DNA from: Podarcis gaigeae
Taxonomy: Eukaryota
Length of the DNA: 64,000 nucleotides
Strand: one strand, 5' to 3'
Assembly (NCBI GenBank): GCA_964106915.2
Contig: OZ066916.1
Of this stretch, positions 61,531 to 64,000 are shown piece after piece. How positions within the stretch are numbered: position 1 is the stretch's first letter; each line of letters opens with the position of its first letter. The notes beneath the pieces are model-generated. The model was not told the origin of the DNA and did not search any database. It saw only the letters and a list, made by a program, of their open reading frames with translations. Made by a program: the position numbers and the translations under genes.

Positions 61531-64000
61531 GGCTTCCCATATGTCAGGAAAATCCCTGACATATCCAGGTTTTCAGGTGCAAATATGGCATCAGGGGGAA
61601 TTTTGCCAGCAAAATGCCACAGAAAACCCTGGTGTTTATGCACCGCAGTGTAAACAGCTCCAAAAGCTTAAAATGACTATTTGGGGGGGAGGTTTCTCCC
61701 CCAAAAGCCCAACAATTTTGGGGTCTTCCTGAAAAAAGCTCAACACCTTTGCAGGTGCCAGAAATTTTACTTTTTGAAATATGGCAACTGTAGTGCTTAC
61801 TGTCTAGTGGATCACACCTATGTGCTTGTTGACAGGACTCAGCCTTTAAAGAATTTGTTGTGAGTCAAAATATCAGTACTGAGGAGCATTTGGTTTTGCA
61901 TATGGACTACAGCTACATGGTCAGCCTTGAGTATTGACCATGCTGGTTGGGGTTAATGGGAGATGAAGCTCAGCGACAGCTGAAGGGTCCAAGGTTCCCT
62001 ACCAATTGTGTATCTGCTAGTTGTATCTTTCATGTTTTTCATCAGTTTTCCTAGAACAGATGTTAGGTTTTTTGGCTTGTGAATTCCTGGATTTCCTCCC
62101 CCACAAGTGGTGCTGTGTTGCCTATTTCCCAGCTCTCAGGTACAGAGGCCTCTTACATATTATTACATAAGAGCAGCAATATCACATCTGAGTTATTTTA
62201 AGAACTCTTGGGTGTCTACACCATCCAGGCTTGGAGATTTATTTTTAAATTGTCATTAGGACTTAGAACTTTATCTCATCATCATCATTTGCCTTGCCTC
62301 CCTGAAAAAGTCGGTTTATACACGGTATTTCTCCGCATCTTCTGCAACGAAGACAAGTGCAAAGAATGCAGCTGAATGCAAACATTTGCAAAGGATTTGT
62401 GGATGAAACATGAGTTTGTAAATATTATTTTAACTTTCCCCTCTCTGCACATGCACCTACATTAAAGAGCTTTTTTAAAAATAACTTGCTGTACCCTTTC
62501 GCAATAAAAGTTACAAAAAGGGTGTCCTAGATCTCATTTGCTTTGGAGGAAAAAGAAAGCTTACACAAACCCAATAAACCTTTCCCCCCCTCTAACTCCT
62601 GAAACTAAAGCCTGTGTATGGACTTTTTCCCTTGTAAAGAAGGCATGAGTAGACCCTTTTTGCTTCCTAGGATTGTGAACATAAGAAGCTGCCTTGTGCT
62701 GCATCAGATCCATTGGTTTATGTTGCTCAGTCTGGCTCTCCGAAGCACTCCAGGGTTGCCGCCTGGGTCTTTCGCAGCAATACTACTGGAAATCCTAAAT
62801 GGGAGGGAGTCTTTCAGTAAGTCAAGCATGTGTTCCACTCCAAGCTTGGACCCTCCTCAAACATCCAGACTGGTCCATTCTTAAATAGCCTTATAATTCT
62901 GACTAGATGGACCACTGTGTTATTCTACATTGCATTAGTGCTGAAAGTTTTACAGTGGGATTAAAGTAATGGCTGAAGAAGCCTGCACTGCATTCCAACT
63001 GCATATTCTCAAGCTTACTTGTGTGCCAGGATTCAACCCCAACATGTTTTCATGGGCCTTAGTGCAGTGTATGAAAGTGGCTTCAAATGTGTTTACTCTC
63101 AGCAGTACTTTATTTACTTGCAGTATTTATGGTCCACATGCATGAAGCGTTAGGGAAAGGGCTTCCAAATCAGTAAAGTGCTCTACATAGTTTTGTTTCA
63201 AAAAAACAACATAGAAATTATTTGTACTTCATAATCTGTGTGAAATACCCCATTCACTTCAGTATTAAAGTGCAATATAGAGCAACCCAAGACATTCCTA
63301 TGTGCTATCATTATTTGTTGATGGCTCAGGCAAGTTACAAGCATCAGTATTTTCGGCTTTAGCAATTAATTCACAATTAATTCCAAGAGAATGGAAGTGT
63401 CAACTTATTACATCACACAGTTTTCTCTTGTGACAAGGCAGAACATGTGGTTTTTTAAGGGAGAACCACCATTTTGACACTTTCATCCAGCAGCCCTCAA
63501 TGCAAACTGCAATCTGTTTTGTATTTAGCATATCCTTAATTAATTTAGCCTGCTAACGCATGCTGCATAAATAACTACTTAAAAAAAAAAAAGAATACTC
63601 CCTTGTTCTGCCAAATACCCAACTTAATTAAGAGTTCTGGAGAATTCTGGAGATATTCTGTTTGATACGGATTAAAAGCATTTTTTAATTTAAAAGTGCT
63701 TATAAACTGCTTAATGTTTTAAAAAATCTAAGTGGTGTACAACATAACAATAAAATAAAAATAACATAAAAACAAACAAAAACAGGAATTCAAAGAAATA
63801 ATTGCCCTATGGCAGCTTTTGATATTTTTCTTTTCCAGTGGACCAACATGGTTACCTCTGAGTTTTCTGAAGTAAAAATGTAATTCATAAAGTCTGTGGA
63901 GCAAATGATGACATATAAAGAGGCTTTTTTCACCTATGGCTTGTATTTTTGGAGAGGTTCCATAAACTGTAATATACATTTAGAACACACACAAAGATGT

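Overview
Eukaryotic (vertebrate) genomic DNA. The repeat content (Sauria SINEs, Squam3-like SINE, L2/CR1/RTE/L1 fragments, hAT and Tc1/mariner MITEs) points to a squamate reptile, most likely a lacertid lizard. Two spliced + strand genes were reconstructed by hand from splice sites and reading frame. (1) The last four coding exons (5530-9111) of an Opn5-family non-visual opsin, most likely the Opn6 clade; its 5' exons were not found in the window. (2) A complete vitrin (VIT) CDS: 17 coding exons, 38870-60214, 2175 nt / 724 aa, encoding signal peptide, LCCL domain, Thr-rich multi-exon linker and two VWA domains. Most ORF-track entries are spurious or transposon-derived. Best second-look items: a perfect 250-bp spacer-less palindrome of a Penelope-like pseudo-LTR carrying two opposed minimal hammerhead-ribozyme cores (30188-30437); a LINE tail inserted exactly at a VIT splice acceptor; a GC-AG intron whose donor runs into a microsatellite; an unusual retinal-pocket residue set and a DSGxxS degron-like motif in the opsin; and several informative nested or templated insertions. 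No prokaryote-type system (CRISPR, operon) is present. I cannot claim a wholly new biological system from the sequence alone.
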